A stretch of 64,000 bases of DNA from an uncultured delta proteobacterium (lineage in GTDB: Bacteria > Myxococcota > UBA727 > VGSZ01), in the NCBI GenBank assembly GCA_963775425.1, contig CAVZJB010000003.1, forward strand, positions 512,001 to 576,000, written 5' to 3'. Made by a program: the position numbers and the translations under genes. The notes under the pieces were generated by a model. That model searched no databases, was not told the DNA's origin, and saw nothing but the letters and a program-made list of their open reading frames with translations. Positions 33,979-46,069 of the stretch are shown in pieces. How positions within the stretch are numbered: position 1 is the stretch's first letter; each line of letters begins with the position of its first letter.

Positions 33979-35145
33979 TCAGCGCGCGGCTGAGGCGGCG
34001 TGTGGTCGCACCGGAGGCACCGACGCGGGCGGCGTTCGCCGATCGAGCGGGCGATCGGCCTCGACGTCGCCTCTGCCGAGACGAGCGAGGACGCGCGCGT
34101 GGGATGCCACCGCGGAGACGAAGCGCCCGCTGTTCAGGGCGACGAGCCCATGATCGCGCGCGCACGTCGTGACGATGGGCGCCAGCGCGGGATAGTGGAT
34201 GTGACAGATCCGCGGAAACAGGTGGTGCTCGACCTGGTGATCGAGGCCGCCCGTGACAAAGGTGGTGAGCTTCCACCGGCCGAAGTCGGCGGTGCTCGCG
34301 AGCTCGTGCTCCGCCCATGGCTGCAGCACCACACCGTCGGCGGGGAGAGTGCGGAACGTGACGCCCTCGACGACGTGCGCGAGCTGAAACACGATGGCGA
34401 GAGTGACGCCGGCCGCAAACATCATCACCGCGTAGCCCATGAGCGTCTGCCACGCGGGGCGCTGCACGATCGCGAGCGGCAAGGCGACGAACAAGCCGAC
34501 GTGCGCTGCCTTTCCGATGAGGACGCCCGCCACCACGCGCGCCGGCGGCCGCCGTCCGGTGAGCGGATGGGGAGCGCGCATCTGGCGAAAGTCCTTCACG
34601 AGGACCCAGACGAAGCCGATGAACCCGTACAGCACCCACGCGTAGAGGTGCTGAAAGCGCTGTACGCGGGACGGTGGCGCGGCGCGTGGGTAGAAGCGCA
34701 GGAATGGGCCCGGCTCGAGGTCCTGATCGACGCCGCAGATGTTCGTGTACGTGTGGTGAATGACGTTGTGAAACACCGACCACGTCGCCGACGACGCGCC
34801 CATCACGTCGAAGGTCCACGACAGGACGTGGTTGACCCACGCGCGCTTGGCGTAGCTGCCGTGGATGGCGTCGTGCCCGACGTTGAACCCGACGCACGCG
34901 AGGGCCAACCCCGTGAGCGCAGAGACGGCGAGCGAGGCCGGGAACGGCACGGCCTCGGCAAGTGTCACGGCGAAGGACGCCGCCGCGAGGCCGACCCAGA
35001 AGATCGACTTCCACACCATCGCCGCGTTCGCTGTCCGAGGAAGGTCCGCGCCGTCGAAGTACGCGTCCACGCGCGCACGAAGATCGACCATGAACGGAGA
35101 CGGTGAAGGAAAGCGGACCTTCGGGAGTGTCTGCGGCTGCGACAT
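33979..35145 (-). CDS. Membrane fatty acid (acyl-CoA) desaturase
   Basis: Three His boxes HDAIH, HNVIHH, QVEHHLFP. Confidence 0.92.
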   Translation of the reverse strand: MSQPQTLPKVRFPSPSPFMVDLRARVDAYFDGADLPRTANAAMVWKSIFWVGLAAASFAVTLAEAVPFPASLAVSALTGLALACVGFNVGHDAIHGSYAKRAWVNHVLSWTFDVMGASSATWSVFHNVIHHTYTNICGVDQDLEPGPFLRFYPRAAPPSRVQRFQHLYAWVLYGFIGFVWVLVKDFRQMRAPHPLTGRRPPARVVAGVLIGKAAHVGLFVALPLAIVQRPAWQTLMGYAVMMFAAGVTLAIVFQLAHVVEGVTFRTLPADGVVLQPWAEHELASTADFGRWKLTTFVTGGLDHQVEHHLFPRICHIHYPALAPIVTTCARDHGLVALNSGRFVSAVASHARVLARLGRGDVEADRPLDRRTPPASVPPVRPHAASAAR

Positions 35146-35267
35146 CACGGGGCCTCCTCGAGGTCGCAGCAACGGCGATGCCAAAGAGGAGGCGCGGTGT
35201 CTCCGAGAGGGCGGCGTGCGCGCGGCTCGGGATCACACAGGTGCGGCGCAATCCCGCACGTTCCCGC

Positions 35268-35966
35268 TCACGCCGCGCTGCGCTCGAGGCGGACCGCGAA
35301 GCCGGCGCCGCCGAGCGACGAGGCGCACGGCGCGACGCTCCCGCCCATCGCGCGCACCATGCGTTGCACCGTGGAGAGACCGAGGCCGACCCCGCGGACG
35401 TTGGTGGTGAAGAACGGCTCGAACATCCGTGGCGCCGCGTCGGCACCGACGCCGGGGCCGTCGTCGAGGACGCGGAAGCCGGTGGGCTCGACCTCGATCC
35501 GGACGCTCGACGCGCCGGCTTGCACGGCGTTTCGAATGAGCTCACGCATCACCTCGCCGACGAGGTCCTCGTCGGCGTGCGCCGTCCCGGCCCCGGACAC
35601 CTCGATCGGCGTGCCGCACACGGCCGCCTCGAGCGCGGCGACGGCGGCGAGGTCGACGTCCGCGAGCCGCGGCCGCACCTCCTGCGCGAACGCGAGGAGC
35701 TGGCCTATGACGTCCGCGAGGCGCGTGACCTCGTCTTGCGCGCGCAGCAGCAGCGTGAGCCGTGTGTCGCCGGCCTCGAACGAGCTCGCGACGAGCTGTA
35801 CGGCGCACGAGATGCCGGCGAGGGGATTGCCGATCGAGTGCGCGATGCTCGCGGCGCCGGCGGCGGCGATCTCCGCGACGCGCGACGACGGGAGCTCGTC
35901 TGCGCCAAGGCGGATGGCGGCGGGCGCGCTTCGTGCGGCTTCAGTGCTGTTTCCATCGTCAAGCAT
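35268..35966 (-). CDS. Sensor-less histidine kinase
   Basis: AHSIGNPL, IRNAVQA, DDGPGV, FEPFFTT, GVGLGL; almost no input domain. Confidence 0.8.
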   Translation of the reverse strand: MLDDGNSTEAARSAPAAIRLGADELPSSRVAEIAAAGAASIAHSIGNPLAGISCAVQLVASSFEAGDTRLTLLLRAQDEVTRLADVIGQLLAFAQEVRPRLADVDLAAVAALEAAVCGTPIEVSGAGTAHADEDLVGEVMRELIRNAVQAGASSVRIEVEPTGFRVLDDGPGVGADAAPRMFEPFFTTNVRGVGLGLSTVQRMVRAMGGSVAPCASSLGGAGFAVRLERSAA

Positions 35967-35978
35967 GTGCGCTCCCGG

Positions 35979-36731
35979 TCATGTGACCGCGCCGGTACGT
36001 TCGTTTCGGCGGGAGGTGCCGTACGCGATGCGTTCGAGGCGGAAGGTGTCGCGGATGATGATGCTCTTGCGGCGGCGAAGCAGGACCTCGTCGCTCTCCA
36101 GCTCCGTCAAGGCGCGCGAGAGGCTCTCGACCACCGTGCCGGCGAGACGCGCGAGCGTCTCGCGCGCGACGCGCGGCGCGATCCTCGAGCCGTCATCGTC
36201 GACCACGCCGAACTTGCGCTCGAGCGAGAGGAGGGTCGCCGCCACACGGCCGCGCACGGACGGGTTCCCCATCGCCACGATGCGCTCGCTCTTCTGCAGG
36301 ATGATCCAGCAAAGGAGCTTGGTGAGCTCCTCGGTGATGGACGGCCGCGTCCGCGCCAGCGCCTCGAACGGATCTCGCTCGAAGAAGCACGCGGAGACGG
36401 GCTCGATGCTCTTCGCGTTGCAGCGGTCGTCCCAGAACCAGCTCCCATAGCCGACGAGGTCGCCCGGGCCGCACACGCGGAGCGGGCGGACGACGCGCGC
36501 GCGCGCGTACGACATCACCATGTAGCCGCCGCCGACGCAGAAGAAGCCGGTTCGCCCCGCGCGCGAAAACTCCATCAGCTCCCCGGCCCGGTACGCACAC
36601 GGCGTGCGCAGCTCGTCGATGGCGCGGAGCGTCGGCTCATCGGCCGCCTTGAACGGGGACTCGCATCGCCCCGGGCAAGCCGCGCATGTGGTGGTTTGCG
36701 GGGGGAGCTGCGGGAGCGGCTTCGGGGACAT
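35979..36731 (-). CDS. Crp/Fnr family regulator with N-terminal Cys cluster
   Basis: CAACPGRC, PGDLVG cNMP-like fold, RETLARLAGTVVESLSRAL HTH. Confidence 0.88.
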   Translation of the reverse strand: MSPKPLPQLPPQTTTCAACPGRCESPFKAADEPTLRAIDELRTPCAYRAGELMEFSRAGRTGFFCVGGGYMVMSYARARVVRPLRVCGPGDLVGYGSWFWDDRCNAKSIEPVSACFFERDPFEALARTRPSITEELTKLLCWIILQKSERIVAMGNPSVRGRVAATLLSLERKFGVVDDDGSRIAPRVARETLARLAGTVVESLSRALTELESDEVLLRRRKSIIIRDTFRLERIAYGTSRRNERTGAVT

Positions 36732-36770
36732 GGCGCGTCAAGAAGCACAGGGCTTGCCAGGCCGGGAAAC

Positions 36771-36784
36771 TTGACAGTCCTCAA
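36771..36784. promoter_or_regulatory. FNR-type box
   Basis: TTGAC-AGTC-CTCAA versus TTGAT-N4-ATCAA (8/10), 40 bp upstream of the Fnr-like gene. Confidence 0.55.
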
Positions 36785-37113
36785 TTTTCTTTCGCGAACA
36801 ACCCGATACGGCCGTCACGCTCGCGCGGAACGCCCCCGGGTGCATGGGTGAAAAGGAGCATGCCATGCGTTGTTCCACACGCAGTCGGCCGTACACAGGC
36901 ACCACGAAGGCACGCCACCGCGAACGCCACCGCGCTGCCGTCGGGCGCGGCGTCGCGGCGCCAAACCGAATGTCGGGCAACGGTGACGGAGGGGGTGACG
37001 GTGTCGATCGACGTCGCCGGACGATGCGGCTTCGTCGCCGACGCGCGACTGGCGGGCCGAGCGCGCGCCGATCGCGCGCCGGACGGTCGCGCGTAGCTGC
37101 CGCTGGAGCCGAC

Positions 37114-38049
37114 ATGCGCGTCCCATTCTTTCTCCTTTGTGTTCCTCTTGTCGTCGTCACCACGGCCTGCCCGGACACGTCCAGGGCGAAGGCGCCTGCG
37201 GACAACCCGGTGGGCCTCGGTGCGAGCTGTGCGGCGGCCTCCGACTGTGGGGGCGTCACGCCGCTGTGCGACGACGGCGCCTGCGTCCAATGCGACGCGA
37301 GCAACGCATGCCGCGGCGCCGGGGTGTGCGGCGCCGACGGCCTGTGCGGAGAGTGCGCGGCCGACGCGGACTGCCCGACGGATCGACCGCTGTGCCGCAG
37401 CGCCGATCAGCAGTGTGTCGCGTGCCTCGGCGCCGGCGATTGCGGCGTCGCCGCACCGTCCTGCACACCGGCGGGCGCGTGCGCGGCCGCGTGCGCCGCG
37501 GACGGCGACTGTCGCAACGGCGAGGTGTGCAGCGCGACGACGCACGCCTGCGTTCAGTGCCTCACCGACGGCGATTGCCCCGCCGGAGCGCCGCTTTGCG
37601 GAGCCGACGAGCGGTGCCACGCGTGCCTCAAGAACGACGACTGCGGGGTGGCGTCTCCCTTCTGTGTCGACGGCGACTGCCAGGAGTGCATCCAGAACAC
37701 GGACTGCGGCGCCGCCGCCAACTGCAGCGCACAGTTGCGTTGCACGCCGTTGTGCACGTCCGACGCGCAGTGCGACGGCGGCGGCGCACGGCACTGCGAC
37801 GTGCCCTCCGGTCAATGCGTCCAGTGCACGTCCGACCCGCAGTGCGACGGCGGCGCCTGCGTCGACAACCGCTGCGTCCAATGCGCCGACTCAAGCCAGT
37901 GCGCGGACCCGCAGCGCGCCGTGTGCTTCCAGTCGAGCTGTGTGCAGTGCGTGACCAACGCGGACTGCACTTTCGACACGCAGTTGCCGACCTGCAACCC
38001 GGACCGTCATCAGTGCTGCGATGCGCAGGGCCGCAACTGCGGGGGGTGA
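37114..38049 (+). CDS. Cys-rich repeat lipoprotein
   Basis: Lipobox TTAC; about 11 CVxCxxDxDC-type repeats. Confidence 0.8.
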   Translation: MRVPFFLLCVPLVVVTTACPDTSRAKAPADNPVGLGASCAAASDCGGVTPLCDDGACVQCDASNACRGAGVCGADGLCGECAADADCPTDRPLCRSADQQCVACLGAGDCGVAAPSCTPAGACAAACAADGDCRNGEVCSATTHACVQCLTDGDCPAGAPLCGADERCHACLKNDDCGVASPFCVDGDCQECIQNTDCGAAANCSAQLRCTPLCTSDAQCDGGGARHCDVPSGQCVQCTSDPQCDGGACVDNRCVQCADSSQCADPQRAVCFQSSCVQCVTNADCTFDTQLPTCNPDRHQCCDAQGRNCGG

Positions 38050-38052
38050 ACC

Positions 38053-38667
38053 ATGCGGATTCCGATGGCGATGCTGTTCGCGGTCCTCTTGGCTTCAGGG
38101 TGCCCGGCGTCGTCGCGGAACACGGGCGTGCTCGGCAACGGCGCCACGTGCAGCAAGAAGGCGGACTGCGGCGGCGCAACTCCGTTTTGCAGCGACGGTC
38201 ATTGCGTCGCGTGCTCCGCCGACTCCGACTGCGACCGCGGCGTGTGTCGAACAGGGCTGTGCGTGGAGTGCGCCGACGACAGCGACTGCTCCGGCGCCCA
38301 GCCGTTCTGTTTCACACCGACGGGCCGCTGCGCCGAGTGCGTGCAGAGCAGCCAGTGCGGCGCGGCGACGCCCGCGTGCGTCCCGGAAGGACGCTGCGTG
38401 GTCTCGTGCGAGACCGACGGCGACTGCGACCGCGATCAGATCTGCAGCCCGTCGCTGCACGCCTGCGTCGCCTGCGCCACCGACGACGATTGCAGCGGTG
38501 GGGCACCCCTGTGTGATCAGCTCGTCCTGCGCTGCGTCGAGTGCAACTCCGCCAACGACTGCGGCGTGGCGTCTCCGTTCTGCGTCAACGGCCGGTGTCG
38601 CGAGTGCGTGCAGAACACCGACTGCGGCGCGAGCCAGAGCTGCAACCAGGACCTCCGCTGCCAGTGA
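38053..38667 (+). CDS. Cys-rich repeat lipoprotein (paralog of upstream gene)
   Basis: Lipobox ASGC; same repeat; shared DCGVASPFCV...EC.QNTDCGA segment. Confidence 0.8.
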   Translation: MRIPMAMLFAVLLASGCPASSRNTGVLGNGATCSKKADCGGATPFCSDGHCVACSADSDCDRGVCRTGLCVECADDSDCSGAQPFCFTPTGRCAECVQSSQCGAATPACVPEGRCVVSCETDGDCDRDQICSPSLHACVACATDDDCSGGAPLCDQLVLRCVECNSANDCGVASPFCVNGRCRECVQNTDCGASQSCNQDLRCQ

Positions 38668-38912
38668 GCATCACCGATCGGCCGCCGCTCTCCGTTGGTC
38701 GCTGATCAGCGCGGCCGCTCCCTCCGGTCGCTTGATCGCGAGGCGCGCGTGCGTGCGTAGACAAAGATGCGGCGGGGAACCCTTGGGGGCGTCGATGGTG
38801 CTTGTCTGCGTGGGGCTCGGCGCCGTCGCCGTGCTGGCTGGGGTCGTCGTCATCGTGGTTCGTCGGGGCGCGGCGCCGGATCGGGCCGGGGCGTTCGACG
38901 ACGACTTCGTGA

Positions 38913-41636
<2,724 letters not shown>

Positions 41637-41788
41637 CCTGCCTCCCCGCCGCACGTGGGCGGCCGGCCACGAAGCGTGCAGCGGGCGTGCCGCCACCCGA
41701 CGCGGCGTTGCATTTCCCACTCTCGATGACGTCGTCACGGCGGCGCCAGCACGTCGGTGAAGGGCACGGTTCGTGCTGTTGCGCCCGT

Positions 41789-42826
41789 GTGCGTGCGAGA
41801 GAGAACCTCCACCCCCTGGTCCCGTGGGCGCTGTCGCTCGCCGCCGCCGCCGTGCTCGTGCCGTTTTGGCCCGCGCTCGTGCTCGCCGTGTGGACGGGCC
41901 TCGTCGCGCGACGGATCGCCGCGGGGATCACGCGCCTCACGCACGGGCGCCGGCGCCTGGCCGTGGCGCTTACGTTGATGCTGCTCGTCGCCGTGATCGT
42001 GCCCCTTGGCGTCGTCGTCGCCGCCGTCACCGCCGACGCGGTCGCGTTCGTGCAGACCGCGCTAAAGTCCACACAGGTGAAGTCGGTGCTCGCGCAGTTG
42101 GTGTCGCGCGACAACGACGGCTTCTCCCTGCGCTCGGCCGATCTCGTCGACCTCGCCATGAGCCAGGGCGAGACCGCATGGTCGCTCCTGCGCCTGGCCG
42201 CCGGTGCGGCGACAAAGGCGGCGCTCGATGTCGTGGTGTTCTTCATCGCGGTCTACGCCGTGGTGGTCGACGGCGCGCCCATCTACGCGTGGTTCGAGGA
42301 GCACCTGCCGTTGTCGAAGGCGACGCTGCGCCGCTTCGCCGGGGCGTTCGTCGAGACAGGGCGCGGGATGGTGATCGGCATTGGCGGCGCCGCCGTCGCC
42401 CAGGGCCTGGTGGCCACGACCGCGTACCTCGTGCTCGGCGTTCCCCGCGCGTTCACCCTGGGCATCCTCACCGCCTTCGCCGGCGTGGTGCCCGGGGTCG
42501 GGACGGCGCTCGTGTGGGTCCCCGTCGCCGGCGGGTTGTTCCTGACCGGGCGCACCGGGGCAGGCATCGCGCTCGTCGTCGTCGGCACCGCGCTCATCGG
42601 CGGCGTCGACAATGTGCTCCGGCCGATCATCGCGCGGCGCGCGCGGCTCGACCTCCCGGTGTATGCCGTCGCCGTCGCGATGCTCGGGGGCCTGGCCCTG
42701 CTCGGCGCTCCGGGGTTGCTCTTCGGTGTCCTCGCCCTCCGGCTGGCCAAGGAGGCGCTCGACATCTTCTTCGGCGACACGCCTCCGGCGGCGGCGCCGG
42801 ACGTCCCCGCGTCGCGCTCGAGTTGA
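41789..42826 (+). CDS. AI-2E (PerM) family transporter
   Basis: VPGVGTALVWVP, DNVLRP, GAPGLLFG; multiple TMs; start uncertain. Confidence 0.85.
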   Translation: MRARENLHPLVPWALSLAAAAVLVPFWPALVLAVWTGLVARRIAAGITRLTHGRRRLAVALTLMLLVAVIVPLGVVVAAVTADAVAFVQTALKSTQVKSVLAQLVSRDNDGFSLRSADLVDLAMSQGETAWSLLRLAAGAATKAALDVVVFFIAVYAVVVDGAPIYAWFEEHLPLSKATLRRFAGAFVETGRGMVIGIGGAAVAQGLVATTAYLVLGVPRAFTLGILTAFAGVVPGVGTALVWVPVAGGLFLTGRTGAGIALVVVGTALIGGVDNVLRPIIARRARLDLPVYAVAVAMLGGLALLGAPGLLFGVLALRLAKEALDIFFGDTPPAAAPDVPASRSS

Positions 42827-42898
42827 ACCGCAAAAACAAATGCGCCAGGCCCGTCGCCGGTGCGCTGACACCGAGACGTCCGGACGCGGAATTTGGAG

Positions 42899-43197
42899 CG
42901 GTGTCGCTGTGGCGGCTTCGTGGCGATGTGCAGGGCTCTCGTGCGCGGGCTCTGCTACGCCGCGCGGCGGCGCTTGGCGATCTGTTGCAGGTTGATCACG
43001 GCCGCGGCGCGGTTCAGGTCGAGCTCGTTGTTGCGCACGCCCTTGTCACGGGCGCGACCGCCCTGCACGGCGTCGACGCGAGCGAGCTTGTGCTCACGCC
43101 GACGGGCGCAACGCGATCCCCACTCCCCGCGGTGGTCGCGGCCGCCGGTGCGCACGAGAGCCCTCCACACCGCTGCGAAGTCGCCACAGCGACACCG
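42899..43197. mobile_element. MITE-like element: 48-bp imperfect inverted repeats around a transposase C-terminal remnant
   Basis: 42899-42946 is the reverse complement of 43150-43197 with 5 mismatches; internal minus-strand peptide EHKLARV...GRARDKGVRNNELDLNRAAAVINL resembles IS1182/IS5-type DDE transposase ends. Confidence 0.65.
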
Positions 43198-43432
43198 GCG
43201 GCGGGACCACCGCGCGTGCCGGCACTGACCCGATTCCGCTATGCGGACTCACTTCTCCAGCGCGAGACCGCCCGGTCTTCGTTCGTGTCGTCACGCGCAG
43301 CCGGCGCGCGCCTCGACACGGCGTGCACGTGCCGAAGCGCGCGCCCGTCGAAGGCGCTCCATGGCGCGTGAGATGCAGCGCGGCGACGCATCGTCGACGA
43401 AGACGATGCGCAGATCCACGAGGCTCGAACGA

Positions 43433-44500
43433 ATGAAGATCACCGTCATTGCACCGAGCGAGCTCGACGGCGGACTGCGCGCCGCCTGGCGCGCGCTCCA
43501 GGCGAGCGACAGCGCGCTCGCGAGCCCGTACTTCTGTCCGGAGCTCACCCTCGCCGTCGCCGCCATCCGGGACGACGTGCGCGTCGCGGTCCTCGAAGAC
43601 GCGGGACGTGTGGCCGGCTTCTTTCCGCACGAGCGCGACGCCGCCGGCGTCTGTCGCCCGGTGGGCGGCGTGCTGTCCGACCACCACGGCGTCGTCGCCG
43701 CACCCGACACGCGCTGGGATTGGCGCGAGCTGTTCGAGGCCGCGGGCATCGCGCAGTGGCGCTTCGATCACCTCGTGCCGGCGCAGGCGCCGCCGTCGAC
43801 GGTGGCGCTGCGCTTGTCGGAGTCGCCCGCGTTGGACCTCAAAGCCGGGTACGCGGCGTACCGCGCCTCTCGGGAGCGCGCGGGCTCGCGCCAGATGCAG
43901 GAGCTCGACCGCAAGGCGCGCAAGCTCGCGCGGGAGGTCGGGCCGGTGCGCTTCGAGGCGCACACGTGCGACGTGCGCGTGCTGAAGCGCATCCTCGCGT
44001 TGAAGTCCGCGCAGTGCCTCACGTCCGGTGTCTTTGACTGCTTCTCCGTCGGGTGGACGCGCGCGCTCGTCGAACGCGTCGCGCACGCCCAGGCGGAGAC
44101 GTTCGCCGGCGCGGTCTCGGCCCTCTACGCCGGCGACGCGCTCGTCGCCGCGCACCTGGGGATGCGCAGTGACCGCGTCTGGCACTGGTGGTTCCCCGTC
44201 TACGACCGCGCCTATGCGCGCTACTCGCCCGGCGCGCTCCTCCTGTTGCGCGTCGCCGAAGCGGCCGCGGAGTCCGGCGCGACGATGCTCGATCTGGGCA
44301 AGGGCAACGACGCGTACAAGGAGCGCTTCGCCGACCTCCACCCGTCGGTGGCGGAGGGCTTCTTGTCCACGCCGTCCCTCATGAACACGACGCGCGGCGC
44401 GCGCGTGCGCATCGGCACCTGGCTGCGGCACGCGCCGCTCCTCGCCCCGTTGCGGCCGGCGGTCCGGGTGTTGCGGCGGCTGGCGCCAGGCGCTCCGTGA
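43433..44500 (+). CDS. GNAT family acetyltransferase (CelD/BcsL-like)
   Basis: SPYFCPE, LSDHHG, YARYSPGALLL, LDLGKGNDAYKERF. Confidence 0.88.
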   Translation: MKITVIAPSELDGGLRAAWRALQASDSALASPYFCPELTLAVAAIRDDVRVAVLEDAGRVAGFFPHERDAAGVCRPVGGVLSDHHGVVAAPDTRWDWRELFEAAGIAQWRFDHLVPAQAPPSTVALRLSESPALDLKAGYAAYRASRERAGSRQMQELDRKARKLAREVGPVRFEAHTCDVRVLKRILALKSAQCLTSGVFDCFSVGWTRALVERVAHAQAETFAGAVSALYAGDALVAAHLGMRSDRVWHWWFPVYDRAYARYSPGALLLLRVAEAAAESGATMLDLGKGNDAYKERFADLHPSVAEGFLSTPSLMNTTRGARVRIGTWLRHAPLLAPLRPAVRVLRRLAPGAP

Positions 44501-44628
44501 GGGGCGCCCTGGTTGCTGCGTGTTCTCACACGCCTCGATGACGGCGTCGGCGACGGCGACGACGCGATCGGAAGCACGCTTGCGCCTCCGCCCGGCCGTC
44601 GTCACACTGTTCGACGACGTGTGAGCCC

Positions 44629-45996
44629 ATGAGGTCTTGTCGGCGCCACCTCGTGATCCCCGCGCTCGCCCTTGCGGCGGCGGCGTGTGAGCCCCCGAGC
44701 GTCGACAGCGATCCGCTCTCGGGCCTGCTCACGCACGAAGCGCAGCGCCAGGCGCTGTGCGCGCGCGGGCGCGCCGACGCCGTCACCGCCGTCTTCTGCG
44801 GCGCCGACCCGCCGGACATCACGTCGCTGACGGACCTCGAGGACGCGCTCGGCATGAGCTTCGACGAGCTTCACCGGCCGGGCTTCGCGTTCACGGCGAA
44901 CTCGTCGGCGCTGTCGGCGCGGCAGGTCACGGCGATCACGCCGCGCGTGGTGATGGTGCGCACCCCCGATCAGCGCGACGACGCGAGCTTCATGACCATC
45001 GCGTACGAGCGCGGGGAGGGCCTCGTCGAGATGGGCGTGCGCCCGCCCGGCGGCGACACGGCGCTGTACCTGCTGCACTACGAGCAGCCCTGCGACGCCA
45101 CCCACGCCGGCTGCACGTTCGAGGATCGGCTGACGCCGGCGACGGAGTCGGGGTGGTCGCGGTGGTCCCTCTACGACGACGTCGATCTGCAGGACACGGT
45201 GTTCGACTGCCTCGAGTGCCACCAGCCGCAGGGGCCGGGCACGCCCGTCGACTTCCGCATGCCCGAGCTGCAGAACCCGTGGACGCATTGGATGGCGCCG
45301 TTCGGGGAAGGGGAGCTCGCGCTGTTTCGCGACTACGGCCTCGCCCACGCGCCCGACGAGGACTACGACGGGGTGCCGGCGCGCTTCATCCTCGCGTCGA
45401 ACCCCATCGACGTCGAGTCGTTCTTCAAGGCGAGCGGGAGCACGCAGGTGAGCCCGTTCCCCTCACAGGTGATCGAAAACGAGGTGAAGGCGTCGGCCCC
45501 GGGACAGCCGGGGGACAACCACGTCGCCGGCCACAGCGCCACGTGGGACGCCCTGTACTCGCGCGCCGTCGCCGGCGAGGTGATTCCGCCGCCGTACCAC
45601 GACGTGAAGATCACCGACGCACAGAAGCTCTCCGCGATGGCCGCGGCGTACGGCGCGTGGCGCGACGGCACCCTCGACGGCCCGCTGCCGGACATCCGCG
45701 ACGTCATCCGCGACGACGCCCTCGCCGACCTCTCGTTTCGCCCCAAGCCCGGGCTCGGGGGGCGCCAGATCCTCGTGCACATGTGCGCGCAGTGCCACAA
45801 CAGCCGGCTCGATCAGACGCTCAGCCGCGCGCGCTTCGACGTCACCCACCTCGACGCGATGAGCCGCGCCGAGAAGGACATCGCTATCGATCGGCTGCAG
45901 CGCCCGGCGAACGATCGCTTCCGCATGCCCCCCCACTTCATGCGGGATCTCTCGAGCGACGACATCGACGCCTGCGTCGCGGCCCTGCGCGAATAG
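44629..45996 (+). CDS. Putative diheme c-type cytochrome lipoprotein of unknown function
   Basis: Lipobox AAAC; CLECH and CAQCH; distal RMPP. Confidence 0.7.
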   Translation: MRSCRRHLVIPALALAAAACEPPSVDSDPLSGLLTHEAQRQALCARGRADAVTAVFCGADPPDITSLTDLEDALGMSFDELHRPGFAFTANSSALSARQVTAITPRVVMVRTPDQRDDASFMTIAYERGEGLVEMGVRPPGGDTALYLLHYEQPCDATHAGCTFEDRLTPATESGWSRWSLYDDVDLQDTVFDCLECHQPQGPGTPVDFRMPELQNPWTHWMAPFGEGELALFRDYGLAHAPDEDYDGVPARFILASNPIDVESFFKASGSTQVSPFPSQVIENEVKASAPGQPGDNHVAGHSATWDALYSRAVAGEVIPPPYHDVKITDAQKLSAMAAAYGAWRDGTLDGPLPDIRDVIRDDALADLSFRPKPGLGGRQILVHMCAQCHNSRLDQTLSRARFDVTHLDAMSRAEKDIAIDRLQRPANDRFRMPPHFMRDLSSDDIDACVAALRE

Positions 45997-46018
45997 GACG
46001 CGCAGGCGCCGCAGGCGC

Positions 46019-46069
46019 TTGACGAAGGGGACCGGTGCCGCTAGGAAAGTGATAATGAAAGTCATATTC
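46019..46069 (+). promoter_or_regulatory. Sigma70 promoter plus Fur-like box over the start codon
   Basis: TTGACG-17-TAGGAA; GATAATGAAAGTCATATTC (46051-46069) matches the GATAATGATAATCATTATC Fur box at 15/19. Confidence 0.7.

Noticed and set aside
44602-44624. TCACAC-N11-GTGTGA inverted repeat before the diheme gene
   Set aside because: Only 6-bp arms, and the orientation and spacing do not match a CRP box; insufficient support.
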